Shown here: piece by piece, positions 32,901-42,719 of the stretch
How positions within the stretch are numbered: position 1 is the stretch's first letter
How the letters are laid out: every line of letters begins with the position of its first letter
Origin: Candidatus Binataceae bacterium
GTDB taxonomy: Bacteria > Desulfobacterota > Binatia > Binatales > Binataceae
Assembly (NCBI GenBank): GCA_035939115.1
Contig: DASZGF010000205.1
Coordinates: 10,561-74,560, forward strand
Direction of reading: 5' to 3'
Length of the DNA stretch: 64,000 nt
Program-made: the position numbers and the translations under genes
The notes under the pieces: model-generated
The model's input: the letters and a program-made list of their open reading frames with translations, nothing else
What the model was told of the DNA's origin: nothing
Database searches by the model: none

Positions 32901-33551
32901 TTATGCCGTTCCCGCCGGGCGGCTCTTTTCGCGCAGCGCGTCGAAGAAACCGTCGATATCGCGCCGCGCCTCCTCGCCGCCGTCAAATCCCCGCCATCGC
33001 CGGCGGACGATTCCAGTCAGCTCGTAGCAGGAATCGATCGGCACCAGGAAACATTCGAAGCTGGCATCGCGGCCGCGGCGCACCAGCAACGCTTCCACGT
33101 CCGCCTCCATGGTTTGGATGATCGGATCGGCTGATGAAATTTCCCGCCACGCGTCAAGCGGCAGCAGCGACTCGGTGGCGCCGGCCGGGCTCGGATAAAA
33201 GCCACTGACGCGCCCCAGAGCCGAGTTGAAGAAGAAAAACGCCATCCCCACCGGAACCTGCAAGGTCTCCCATCGCTGCGGTGTGAACTCGGCTGATTGC
33301 AGGCGCAGGTAGCGGTCAGGAACCGCCTTGAACTTTCCCTGCGCCGCTCCCGGTTGGAGGAAAAGCAAATAGCAGGCGCGGCAGGCGCACATCAGGCTGC
33401 GGGTTTCGAGATTGACGATATGGGAATGGCCGGGTGCAAGCTCTTGCGAGCACATCTCGCACTTCTCGACCGGCGCCTGCTTGGGCGCCGGTCGCACAAA
33501 ACGGGTTAATGCCGTCAGCGGCTGGCCCCGCAAAGGCTGACCTCCGCTCAT
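32901..33551 (-). CDS. Conserved hypothetical Cys-rich protein (resembles the DUF5947-type proteins of group 1h clusters)
   Basis: CEMCSQEL...HSHIVNLETRSLMCACRACYLLF N-terminal metal-site-like motif. ATGA overlap with the upstream gene. Confidence 0.55.
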   Translation of the reverse strand: MSGGQPLRGQPLTALTRFVRPAPKQAPVEKCEMCSQELAPGHSHIVNLETRSLMCACRACYLLFLQPGAAQGKFKAVPDRYLRLQSAEFTPQRWETLQVPVGMAFFFFNSALGRVSGFYPSPAGATESLLPLDAWREISSADPIIQTMEADVEALLVRRGRDASFECFLVPIDSCYELTGIVRRRWRGFDGGEEARRDIDGFFDALREKSRPAGTA

Positions 33552-34405
33552 GGCGATGCCTCGGCCAACGCGACTCTCACCCCGGCGTCGTCCTCCAGCA
33601 ATGGAACCGGCTCCAGGTGCAGTTTGCGGTTTTCAAGGGAACCTCCAGCCAGCCGAACGTCGTAGCGCTGTCCGCACGAGGGGCAGCTGAGGACGGTTTG
33701 GTCGAGCGAGCCGGTGTGAATCGCGCCGGCGCATTCCGGACAGCAATCGCGATAGGCGTAGAGGCTGGGCCCGACCCGGCACAGCACGATTCGCGCGCCG
33801 CCGGTTTCGATCGTTGCCAAAGCACCGGGTTCGACCTTGGGCGCGCTAGCCAGCGCCGTCCACTTGGGCGCGTGCCCGGCCAGGCCGTTTAGAGCGGACT
33901 GATTGGAGTTCTGCCCCCCTTCAACTTCGATACTGCTCAGCTCCGGAGCGACCTCCCTGATCGCGCCCTCGACGGCGAGCTTCACCGTCAGCGTCGAGGA
34001 CGGACACGTCTCACAGCTTCCCTCCATCCGCAGGCGCACTACCCCGGTCGCGTCGTCGGCGTCGATCAGCTCAACGTCGCCGCCGTGCGAGCCCAGGTAG
34101 GGACGCACGCGGATTAGCGCTTTGCTCACCCGCGTGGCGAAATCGTCGGGATGCAATCCGTGGAGAATAAGCAGGCTTGAAATCAATTCGTCTTGCGTGA
34201 AACGCTCGAGCAGCGCTTCGCCGAAGGGGCCGCCCTCCGCGCTGATCTCAACGATGCGGCCGAGGCCGGATCCGTACAGCTCCAGAATGAGTCGGATCAG
34301 TTCATCCACCCGCTGCCACGCGGGCGGACTCGCCATCGAGCGCACTTCTTCGAGCAGGCGCTCGATTCGCTCGCCGATTTGACCAGGGCTCCCGCGGTCA
34401 GGCAT
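33548..34405 (-). CDS. NifU-like / Rieske-type ferredoxin fusion protein (HhaA/HhyE-like accessory Fe-S protein)
   Basis: NifU C-terminal-type HGGDVELIDADDATGVVRLRMEGSCETCPSSTLT, followed by CPECAG...LSCPSCGQRYD, a Rieske/NirD-like part. The start is either ATG 34405 or the ORF start at 34444. Confidence 0.7.
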   Translation of the reverse strand: MPDRGSPGQIGERIERLLEEVRSMASPPAWQRVDELIRLILELYGSGLGRIVEISAEGGPFGEALLERFTQDELISSLLILHGLHPDDFATRVSKALIRVRPYLGSHGGDVELIDADDATGVVRLRMEGSCETCPSSTLTVKLAVEGAIREVAPELSSIEVEGGQNSNQSALNGLAGHAPKWTALASAPKVEPGALATIETGGARIVLCRVGPSLYAYRDCCPECAGAIHTGSLDQTVLSCPSCGQRYDVRLAGGSLENRKLHLEPVPLLEDDAGVRVALAEASP

Positions 34406-34508
34406 CTGTGCGCTTCTCCCCGGCGCGGTATTAGATATAAGCACCGCGCGGCCGGTAACGTCAGTTCGCTTGGCTGAAACTCACAACCTGCTCACTACAG
34501 CTCGATCA

Positions 34509-36275
34509 TCATAGCTTGTTCATCATGGCTGGCGAGTGAATCTTGTCCAGCACTTTGCCCTTGCCCAGATACATGTGCACGCCGCACGGCAGGCACGGGT
34601 CGAAGCTTCGCACCGTCCGCATGATGTCGATCCCTTTGAATTTGTCCGGCGGATTCTCCTCGAAGATTGGGGTGTTCTGCACCGCGTCCTCGTATGGCCC
34701 CGGCGTTCCGTAAACGTCGCGTGGATTGGCGTTCCAGGGCGTGGGCGGATAGGGATGATAGTTGGCGATCTTGCCGCCTCGAATCACCATGTGATGCGAC
34801 AGCACGCCGCGCACCGCCTCGGTAAAGCCGCATCCGATCCCTTCATCGGGAACCTTGAACGGCTCCCAGGTCTTGGTGTTGCCGGCCCGCACCTCGGCCA
34901 GCGCCTTTTCCATGAAGTGCAGCGCGCAGGCGCACGCGTAAGCCTGGAAGTAGGTGCGCGCGCGGTCGCGCTCGATGGTGTTGGACCACTTGGGAATCTT
35001 CCATTCAAAGGTAACCGGTCCGCGCGTCGCGCTCTTGGGCAGATTGATAACCACGCTGTTGCCGGTCGCCTTGAGGTAGCCGATGTCCACCAGGCCCGAG
35101 AGCGCAGTGGACCACAACCGCGCGATCGGACCGCCGCCGGTGTCCAGCGCCAGATGATCCTTGCCGTCGTACCATCGCGGCGACATCACCCAGCTATAGT
35201 TGCCGTCGAAGTTGCGCTTTTGCGGGCGCGGATTGGTGTGCTGGTTCCACGGATGGCGCCGGTCGACGGGATTGCCCAGCGGATCGTTGCGCACGAACAT
35301 CTCCTGGTCTTCCCAGTCCTCATAGAAGGAATGGCCCAGAAGGATTCGAATCCCAAGGTTGATTTGCACCAGGTCGTTGGTGACCAGCTTGCCATCCACG
35401 ACCACGCCGGGCGTGACGTACATCGCGCGGCCCCACTTGGTCATGTCGCGGTACTGAAAGTTGCAGACGTCGGGATCCTGGAAGGAACCCCAGCATCCCA
35501 GTAGAATCCTGCGCTTGCCAACCTCTTCGTAACCGGGCAGCGCCTGGTAGAAGAAGTCGAACAGGTCGTCATGCATCGGGACCGCCCGCTTGAGGAACTC
35601 CACATAGCGCATCAGGCGGGTCAGGTAGTCGGTGAAAAGCTGCACCGTGGCGGTGGTGCCGACGCCGCCGGGATAGAGCGTGGAGGGATGGACGTGGCGG
35701 CCTTCCATCAGGCAGAACATCTCGCGCGTCCAGCGGCTGGTCTGGAGCGCTTCGCGGTAGAACTCGCCCTCCAGCGGATTGACCGCCTTCATGATGTCGC
35801 CGATGGTCTTGTAGCCATGATCCTTGGCATGCGGCGCCTCTGCCTTGGCCGCCTTCTCCCACAGGCCCGGATTGGTCTCCCGCACCATCTTTTCGCAGAA
35901 GTCCACCGCCACCAGGTTTTCCTGGAAGATGTTGTGATCGAACATGTACTCGGCGGCCTCACCCAGGTTGACGATCCATTCGCCCAGATGGGGCGGCTTG
36001 ACGCCGTAGGCCATGTTCTGCGTGTAACAGGAACAGGTCGCGTGATTGTCGCCGCAAATCCCGCAGATGCGGCTGGTGATGAAGTGCGAGTCACGCGGGT
36101 CCTTGCCCTTCATGAACACGCTATAGCCACGGAAGATTGAAGAAGTGCTGTGACATTCGGCGACCTTGCGCTTGCCGAAGTCGATCTTGGTATAGATCCC
36201 GAGGCTGCCGACGATCCGGGTAACCGGATCCCAATTCATCTCGACCAGCCCGTTGCTCGTTTTTGCGGCAGCCAT
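34509..36275 (-). CDS. hhyL: Group 1h/5 (high-affinity, Hhy-type) [NiFe] hydrogenase large subunit
   Basis: L1 motif TSRICGICGDNHATC and L2 motif RSFDPCLPCGVH, followed by a 21-aa C-terminal extension. ggagga SD. Confidence 0.92.
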   Translation of the reverse strand: MAAAKTSNGLVEMNWDPVTRIVGSLGIYTKIDFGKRKVAECHSTSSIFRGYSVFMKGKDPRDSHFITSRICGICGDNHATCSCYTQNMAYGVKPPHLGEWIVNLGEAAEYMFDHNIFQENLVAVDFCEKMVRETNPGLWEKAAKAEAPHAKDHGYKTIGDIMKAVNPLEGEFYREALQTSRWTREMFCLMEGRHVHPSTLYPGGVGTTATVQLFTDYLTRLMRYVEFLKRAVPMHDDLFDFFYQALPGYEEVGKRRILLGCWGSFQDPDVCNFQYRDMTKWGRAMYVTPGVVVDGKLVTNDLVQINLGIRILLGHSFYEDWEDQEMFVRNDPLGNPVDRRHPWNQHTNPRPQKRNFDGNYSWVMSPRWYDGKDHLALDTGGGPIARLWSTALSGLVDIGYLKATGNSVVINLPKSATRGPVTFEWKIPKWSNTIERDRARTYFQAYACACALHFMEKALAEVRAGNTKTWEPFKVPDEGIGCGFTEAVRGVLSHHMVIRGGKIANYHPYPPTPWNANPRDVYGTPGPYEDAVQNTPIFEENPPDKFKGIDIMRTVRSFDPCLPCGVHMYLGKGKVLDKIHSPAMMNKL

Positions 36276-36334
36276 GGTGATCCTCCTGATTAGGTAACGA
36301 AGCCGGAGCAGCCAGCCTTTTGGTTTGCGTTAGT

Positions 36335-37369
36335 TCATTTCCAAGTAGGTTGATACCCAGTGGTAAGTTTTGGTCCCGGGCGGCGCCATTTCGGTTCTTT
36401 GTCCAGGGTCGAGGTGGTAAACGAGCGCAAGGCCCTGATGGCGGACCCCAATACGTTGGCGGCCTTGGTCGAGAGCTTGGCGCCCGGCGGTTCGTCCATG
36501 AACGGCATGAATTTGTCGGGGAAGCCGGGCATCGTACAGCCGATACAGATTCCGCCCACGTTGGGACAGCCGCCGATACCGGCCATCCATCCGCGCTTGG
36601 GCACGTTGCACTTCACCACCGGGCCCCAGCATCCCAGCTTGACGATACATTTGGGCGAGCCGTATTCGGTCGCGAAGTCGCCCTGCTCATAGTACCCGGC
36701 ACGATCGCATCCCTCATGGACCGTGGCACCAAATAGCCACTTGGGCCGCAACTCCTCGTCCAACGGAATCATCGGCGCCTGCCCACCCGCCTGATAGAGC
36801 AGATAGAGGATGGTCTCGGAGAGATTGTCGGGCTGGATCGGACATCCGGGCACGCAGACGATCGGGTTGCCGCCCTTGGAGCGGAAATCCCAACCCAGGA
36901 AATCAGGCACACCCATCGCGCCGGTCGGATTCCCGGCCATCGCGTGGATCCCGCCATAGGTCGCGCACGTTCCGACCGCTAAAACGGCCCATGCCTTGGG
37001 CCCCAGCCGCTCCAGCCATTCCGAGGTCGTCATCGGCTGGGTATCGCGGCCACCACCTTCCACGCGATTGCCCATCGCGGCCCAGTAACCCTCGCGCTTG
37101 ATCTCCTCGTTGGGGATGGAGCCCTCGACCACCAGCACGAACGGATCGATTTCGCCTCGATCGGCCTTCCAAAACCACTGCATGAACTCGTCGCCGACCT
37201 GATAGTCAATCAGCAGCCAATGCACTGCGACGCGAGGTAAACCCGGTAGCGTGCCAAGGACGATGTCTTCGATGCTTGGCTGCATGGCCGCCGTCAGCGC
37301 GACCGAGTCACCATCGCAACCCAGTCCCGAGTTCAGCCACAGGATGTGAACGAGCGGTTCCTCTGCCAT
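36335..37369 (-). CDS. hhyS: Group 1h/5 [NiFe] hydrogenase small subunit (no Tat signal)
   Basis: LWLNSGLGCDGDS, GTCATYGGI, VPGCPIQPDN, CIVKLGCWGPVVKCNV, CPNVGGICIGCTMPGFPD. aaggagg SD. Confidence 0.92.
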   Translation of the reverse strand: MAEEPLVHILWLNSGLGCDGDSVALTAAMQPSIEDIVLGTLPGLPRVAVHWLLIDYQVGDEFMQWFWKADRGEIDPFVLVVEGSIPNEEIKREGYWAAMGNRVEGGGRDTQPMTTSEWLERLGPKAWAVLAVGTCATYGGIHAMAGNPTGAMGVPDFLGWDFRSKGGNPIVCVPGCPIQPDNLSETILYLLYQAGGQAPMIPLDEELRPKWLFGATVHEGCDRAGYYEQGDFATEYGSPKCIVKLGCWGPVVKCNVPKRGWMAGIGGCPNVGGICIGCTMPGFPDKFMPFMDEPPGAKLSTKAANVLGSAIRALRSFTTSTLDKEPKWRRPGPKLTTGYQPTWK

Positions 37370-37745
37370 TGCGAGCCTCCTTGCTGAGGTTGGTTTGCAA
37401 GAAAGAAGGCCTGAATAGGCCGTGACTTCTCATTAACGATAGCACTGCATCCGCGAGAAGCCAGAAAAAATATTTACGATCGCGTGCCCGACCGAATAAT
37501 GCCTTCCGACGCGCGCATAGACCACTCCATGCAGCCGCAATCGGCAATACGGTGAACACCCTATTTTTGGGAATTCGATACCTTAGCCCAAAGGAACGCG
37601 CTCCCACATCCGAAGCGTGAAGCGCTGCCGCAGCGCCGGGCTCCGTGCCAGCGTTTTTCCGTCATCGGTGAGGAAGCATGCTCCTTCGCGCTTTCTTCAT
37701 CGCCGGATCTGAATATGCGGAGCCCGATTACCGGCGGTGATTGCA

Positions 37746-38567
37746 CTATTTTATCGGCGGCACGAAATCCGGCATGTCGCGTACCTTGGATTTCCATTGC
37801 GGCTTGCGCTTTTCGAGGAAGGCCGTGATTCCCTCGCCGGCGTCGGGCTGAGTTCCGATCCACCAGAAAATCTGGTCTTCCACCGCCTGAGCTTTTTCGG
37901 CTTCCGGCTCGGTCAGAAAGTTGAAGATCAACCGCTTGGTGATCGCGACCGACATCGGCGAGGTATTGACCGCGATCTCCGCCGCCAGCTCACGGGTTCG
38001 CGCCATGAACTCCGCGTCCGGCCATACGTGACTGACTAGTCCATATTCGAGCGCCTCGCGTGCGTTCAGGATGCGGCCCGAAAGCAGCAATTCACTGGCG
38101 CGCGCTACTCCGACGAGCCGCGGCAGGGTCCAGGCGGCGAGCCCCTCGGGAATGATCCCGCGGCGTACGTACACCAGGCCGATACGCGCGCTTTCGGCCG
38201 CAACCCTGATGTCGTAGTGCAGCGTCAGGGAAGCGCCGGCTCCCACCGCGGGCCCGTTGATCGCCGCGATTATCGGCTTGCGGATGTTCCACGGCCGCAC
38301 TTTGGGTCCGTTGCCGGTGCTGAAGTTCTGGCGGCCGTCGGTATCGAAGGTCTTGCCGCCTGAAGAAAGATCGGCGCCGGCGCAGAACGCCCGGCCCGCG
38401 CCGGTCACGATGATCACCCGCACTTCGTCGTTGTTATCCAGCTCGTAATAGGCCTGATCGAGTTCCTGCCCCATCTGGCCGGTCATCGCGTTGAGTTTCT
38501 CGGGACGATTAAGGGTTAAGGTCGCGATCGAATCCTTGATCTCGACCTGGATCTGCTCCGATGGCAT
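37746..38567 (-). CDS. Enoyl-CoA hydratase/isomerase (crotonase) family protein
   Basis: LTLNRPEKLNAM...VIIVTGAGRAFCAGADL...AAINGPAVGAGA. Confidence 0.85.
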   Translation of the reverse strand: MPSEQIQVEIKDSIATLTLNRPEKLNAMTGQMGQELDQAYYELDNNDEVRVIIVTGAGRAFCAGADLSSGGKTFDTDGRQNFSTGNGPKVRPWNIRKPIIAAINGPAVGAGASLTLHYDIRVAAESARIGLVYVRRGIIPEGLAAWTLPRLVGVARASELLLSGRILNAREALEYGLVSHVWPDAEFMARTRELAAEIAVNTSPMSVAITKRLIFNFLTEPEAEKAQAVEDQIFWWIGTQPDAGEGITAFLEKRKPQWKSKVRDMPDFVPPIK

Positions 38568-38591
38568 AGCGTCTTTCTCCTGGGAGGTGAA

Positions 38592-39815
38592 TCAGTTATG
38601 CGCGGTCTTTGCGCCCCGCTCTGCGAGCCCGTAAAGCGCGGCCGCGTTTTCCTGCGTCATGGCGCGCCGCTGGTCGGCTGGTACGTCGCCAAGGATTTCA
38701 TCGAGGATCTGATGCGAGCAAGGCCAGGTCGAGTCCAGATGCGGATAGTCATTGGCCCACATCAGGTTGCTTACCCCAACCAGCTCGCGCGTCAGCACCC
38801 CGGCCCGGTCGTCCTCGAATGTGGCGAAGAACTGGCGCCGCCAGTACTCGCTGGGGCGCAGATCAAGGTAGTCAGCCGCCGCCTCCGGGGTGCGAAGCAG
38901 GGCCTGATCAAGCCGATCCAGCCAGTGCCCAATCCATCCGGTATTGAACTCCGCAACCACAAACTTGAGCTGGGGATGACGATGCGCGACACCCTGGCAG
39001 ATCAACTCGACCAGCGTTTGCTGGATCGAAACCATGACCCCGGCGTAAGCGATGAGGTAGTCGAAATTCGGGTTCGCACCGATCGCGCGCCGGCGCGGAC
39101 CATTGGTGCCGGCATGCATGCTGAGGGGGAAGTCCGCTTCCTCCGCCGCCGCCCAGATACGCTCGTATGCGGCATCGCGATACGGCCGCTCCACGGGCGC
39201 GGTGCAGGGGATACAACCGCCCCGGAATCCCATACGCAAAACCCGCTCGAGCTCTTTGGCCCCCGCCGCTGGATCGTGCAACGGGATCAACGCGAGGCCG
39301 ACGAGCCGCTCGCCCGCGGGACGGCAATAATCCGCCATCCAGTCGTTGTAATTGCGGAAGCAGGCGGCAACCAGATCGAAGTTGTCAAGGCCGAAGACCG
39401 AAAAAAAGAAGCTCGGATACAACAGCTCGGCACGGACACCGTCCTGATCCTGATCGGTATCACGAGCGGCACCTCGCACCAGCCCCTCGCGCAGACCGGC
39501 GAACCCGCGCCCCAGAATTTCCTTGATGTAAGGGTCGCCCTTATCCTCGGGCAATGGTTTATGACCGGGACGGCGCTCGATACGCCGGCCGGGATCCAGC
39601 CTGCGGCCGGCGATTCCCAACTCCGCCGCGGGGACCGCCCGCCCACCCCGCGCCGGGATCACCATCGCATCGACGTGGCCGCCCACGTTGGCAATGCGGG
39701 GCGCTTCGTCGCCAAAGCGTTGCGCGAGCCCCGCGAAAACTTCTGGCGCCTCCACCACGTGAGAGTCCGCCGAGATAAGAAACCCGGCATTTTCCGGTTG
39801 CGCAGATAACGCCAT
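38592..39815 (-). CDS. Amidohydrolase-2 (ACMSD-like metal-dependent hydrolase) family protein
   Basis: ISADSHVVEAPEVF... and ...WANDYPHLDSTWP. ATG 39815 was chosen; the ORF extends to 39941. Confidence 0.7.
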   Translation of the reverse strand: MALSAQPENAGFLISADSHVVEAPEVFAGLAQRFGDEAPRIANVGGHVDAMVIPARGGRAVPAAELGIAGRRLDPGRRIERRPGHKPLPEDKGDPYIKEILGRGFAGLREGLVRGAARDTDQDQDGVRAELLYPSFFFSVFGLDNFDLVAACFRNYNDWMADYCRPAGERLVGLALIPLHDPAAGAKELERVLRMGFRGGCIPCTAPVERPYRDAAYERIWAAAEEADFPLSMHAGTNGPRRRAIGANPNFDYLIAYAGVMVSIQQTLVELICQGVAHRHPQLKFVVAEFNTGWIGHWLDRLDQALLRTPEAAADYLDLRPSEYWRRQFFATFEDDRAGVLTRELVGVSNLMWANDYPHLDSTWPCSHQILDEILGDVPADQRRAMTQENAAALYGLAERGAKTAHN

Positions 39816-40264
39816 ATTGATCCTCGAAGCGATGCCGCAGAGTTGTTGTTTGCGATTGTCTTGCCCGTTAATGCCACCCAGCCACGCCAGCAATCCGGAG
39901 GTGTTCAGAACTCGATCACGACCCTGGTTCTTCCGTTTCACTCCCCGATTTCAACTCTTTCATGTAGACCGAACTGTCAAGCTCGGCAAGGTTTAGCCAG
40001 AGTAAGTGGTGGGTCAGTTTGAAATAGCGGGCTGCCTGACGGGGCTAACAGGTGAGGCCGGACCGTTCGCTGGCAACCACAAATAGGGTCAATTTGACAG
40101 TCGCGACATGCGAAGTTTGCCGGAACGGGGCGGGTCGGATTCGGACCGACGGGCCGCAGCGCGCGGCGCACCTTTTGCTGACGTTGCGTTCAGCTTCTCC
40201 GCCACGCCGTTTTTCTTTATCGACTCACCCCTTCCTCCAACGCCCTGGAAAATCCCTACTAAAC

Positions 40265-40660
40265 TTATTTATGAGACACTACACTAGAGGCATCGTCGGG
40301 GTGGGGCGCTGGACTAGCCTTCTCGCATCGCGCTTCGGCATCCGCAACGAGTTTGGCTATTGGCGTGAATGAAGGATCGTCTAAATCTACGCCAATCGCA
40401 ACTAGCAAATTACTAACGGTTTTTAGCGTCCAGTTACCAGCGCCTCCAAGCAGTCTGTTTATTCGGGCCGGGTCCTGCGCAAGGCGCTCCGCAAGCTCAA
40501 CTTGGGTCAAGCCCTCCTCCTTGGATTGCTGAATGTATGCATCCAAGACCAAAGCATGAAGCCGGTCGATTAACCGCCCACTGAAGTATTCAAGAGTGCT
40601 TTCGGGAATGGGTTTTTTTTTAAGATCAGATAGAATGGACTTTTGCTGAGACGTAATCAT
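40265..40660 (-). CDS. XRE-family helix-turn-helix protein (antitoxin-like)
   Basis: GLTQVELAERLAQDPARINRLLGGAGNWTLKTVSNLLVAIGVDL. Sits in a low-G+C island, downstream of and overlapping the 180-aa ORF. Confidence 0.6.
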   Translation of the reverse strand: MITSQQKSILSDLKKKPIPESTLEYFSGRLIDRLHALVLDAYIQQSKEEGLTQVELAERLAQDPARINRLLGGAGNWTLKTVSNLLVAIGVDLDDPSFTPIAKLVADAEARCEKASPAPHPDDASSVVSHK

Positions 40661-41168
40661 AAACAGTTCTCCCACTGTGCGCTGAGTAGGGACGAAACAG
40701 CTCATCCCAATCCATTTGACAACGCGCCATTGCTATCTTCGAATTTTTGCGCCCCCTTAATTCTGCATGGTCAAACAAGCGGAGAGCAATAAAAACATCC
40801 GTTTTGGCAAATCGGCCAAGTACTCTCGGCATGTCAGGTCTGCGTCTACCTTGAACACGGACTTCCCACATTTCCTCGCCGGAAGGAACCAGCCTGGCTA
40901 GGTCGGCCCCCTGATGGCGCTCAAGCTTTAGGGCAACAGCAATCGTACGTCCCAAGATGAAGTTGCCGAACACTTGTTGTAACCTACGGCGTGTGAATGC
41001 GTCATTCTGGTTCTCCGAATCGAGAGTGTGATGAATATCGGACGAAGCATAGATGAAACGCCTATAGTCGCTTTGGCGTATTGGCCTAAGGTCTGCCGGC
41101 TCAACCGAGAAGAGCCGCTGCTCATTGCACCTGTTTTCAATTTCATCTGAAATTGACATATAAGTCAA
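40626..41168 (-). CDS. Hypothetical protein (possible HigB/Gp49-like toxin core with an N-terminal extension)
   Basis: 180-aa ORF in the low-G+C island. EMWEVRVQGRRRPDMPRVLGRFAKTDVFIAL is loosely reminiscent of RelE/Gp49-type toxins. The assignment is weak. Confidence 0.35.
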   Translation of the reverse strand: MTYMSISDEIENRCNEQRLFSVEPADLRPIRQSDYRRFIYASSDIHHTLDSENQNDAFTRRRLQQVFGNFILGRTIAVALKLERHQGADLARLVPSGEEMWEVRVQGRRRPDMPRVLGRFAKTDVFIALRLFDHAELRGRKNSKIAMARCQMDWDELFRPYSAHSGRTVYDYVSAKVHSI

Positions 41169-41213
41169 TGGGCAACTGACTTGTCGATCCGTGCCGGCAG
41201 CGCTAACCGCGGT

Positions 41214-42716
41214 TCAGCGCCGCTGCTTGATCGGAAGAATCACCCGAACATGTGTGCCGCTCTTGGGTGAACTGGTAGCACTGATTCGCCCTGCATGCCG
41301 TTCGACGATCTTGCGGCAGATTGCCAGGCCCATACCGTTTCCCTGGTAATCGCCGCGGTGCAGGCGCTGGAAGGGTTGAAACAGTTGGGGCGCCAGTTTG
41401 GGGTCGAATCCAACGCCGTTGTCCTCGACGCGCAGCTCGAAGACGCTGCCCGCGCCGCGCTTGCCACGCCTGGGAAAACTCGCACGCAAGCGCACTATCG
41501 CCGGCTGATCCGGGCGGCGAAACTTCAGCGCATTATCGATCAGGTGGTGAAGCATCGTGTGCATCTGGCGGGGTATGGCCTCGATGGTCGGCAAAAATCC
41601 GCCCTCTATGCTGGCTTGGCTGGTGCTAATCCGCTCGTCCATCTCGCCAATCACTTTCGCCGCCAGCTTGCCGAGATCCACCGGCCGGACTTTGCTTCGA
41701 TCGCCGGCGACCTCGGCGTACTGGAGTAAATCATCGACCAGCGACGAGATCCGATCGGCCGATTTTCGCAGACGCTCAAGGTTTGCCGGCGGAAGTCCCG
41801 GCTTTACTGCCGGTCGTTTGCCTGAGTGCCCGCCGCCCGCGGACGGCTTGCCGCGCGGTTCACGCAAATCGTGGGTGGCAACGGCGGCCAGTTGCCGGAG
41901 TTCAGTGTTGGAGCGGGCCAATTGTGACAGCAGTGCCTCGCGCTCGACCTCCGCGCGGCGGCGCTCACTGATGTCGCGAATCGCCATCACCGTACCGACC
42001 ACCCGGCCCTCATCGTCATGGATTGCGGTGCTGCGCTCCTCGACGGGAATTTCGCTTCCCTGCCTTGAAATCAGCATGCCCTCCAGCGCAACGTTGCCGC
42101 GCTCCAATCGCTGCCGCTCGACCTCGGCCCCTGACACGGAATACTCGACCTTAAGCATCTCCGCAGTCTGAAGTCCGGCCGCCTCGGCCACCGTCCACCC
42201 GGTCAGCCGCTCCGCCACGGGGTTCATGAACCGAATCCGCCCTTGCGCATCGGCCGCAATCACGCCGTCGGCGATACTTCTAAGCGTGGCCGCCAGCCAT
42301 CGCTCGCTTTCCTTGACCCGCTGTTCGAGCTGATGGCGATACAACGCCACCTCCACCGCCGCATGCAACTCGCGCTCCCCAAAGGGCTTGATCAGGTAGC
42401 CCAGCGCGCCGGTCAGCCGCGCCCTGCTGAGCGTGGCGGGATCGGCATAGGCGGTGAGGTAAATCGCCGGGATGTCAAAGCGCGTGCGAATCTCTTCGGC
42501 CGCTTCGACCCCGTCAATGGCGCCGCGCAGCCGGATATCCATCAGCACCAGGTCGGGGCGCAGCGCGGCGGCCTTTTCAATCGCCTCCTCACCGCTGGCG
42601 GCGGTGGCGGGCACGGCGTAGCCAAAGCTGATAAGGTCGCGCTGGATATCCAGGGCTACGATATTCTCATCCTCGACCACCAGGATTCTGGGCGCTTCGC
42701 TCGCGTCGGCCATCAT
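41214..42716 (-). CDS. Hybrid response-regulator receiver / PAS / histidine kinase
   Basis: REC (ILVVEDE...DLVLMDIRL...YLIKPF), PAS (IADGVIAADAQGRIRFMNPVAERLTGW), H-box ATHDLREP and HATPase (DNGVGF...GNGMGLAICRKIV). Confidence 0.8.
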   Translation of the reverse strand: MMADASEAPRILVVEDENIVALDIQRDLISFGYAVPATAASGEEAIEKAAALRPDLVLMDIRLRGAIDGVEAAEEIRTRFDIPAIYLTAYADPATLSRARLTGALGYLIKPFGERELHAAVEVALYRHQLEQRVKESERWLAATLRSIADGVIAADAQGRIRFMNPVAERLTGWTVAEAAGLQTAEMLKVEYSVSGAEVERQRLERGNVALEGMLISRQGSEIPVEERSTAIHDDEGRVVGTVMAIRDISERRRAEVEREALLSQLARSNTELRQLAAVATHDLREPRGKPSAGGGHSGKRPAVKPGLPPANLERLRKSADRISSLVDDLLQYAEVAGDRSKVRPVDLGKLAAKVIGEMDERISTSQASIEGGFLPTIEAIPRQMHTMLHHLIDNALKFRRPDQPAIVRLRASFPRRGKRGAGSVFELRVEDNGVGFDPKLAPQLFQPFQRLHRGDYQGNGMGLAICRKIVERHAGRISATSSPKSGTHVRVILPIKQRR

Positions 42717-42719
42717 GCC

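Noticed and set aside
37370-37745. Specific -35/-10 promoter elements upstream of hhyS
   Set aside because: The region is A+T-richer and non-coding, so a promoter is likely. I could not identify hexamers with enough confidence to report coordinates.
40100-40170. Possible tRNA fragment or attachment site (gtcgg attcgga ccgac, a T-arm-like hairpin) at the edge of the low-G+C island
   Set aside because: The loop lacks the canonical TTCRANY pattern, and no matching acceptor stem, D-arm or anticodon arm could be found upstream.
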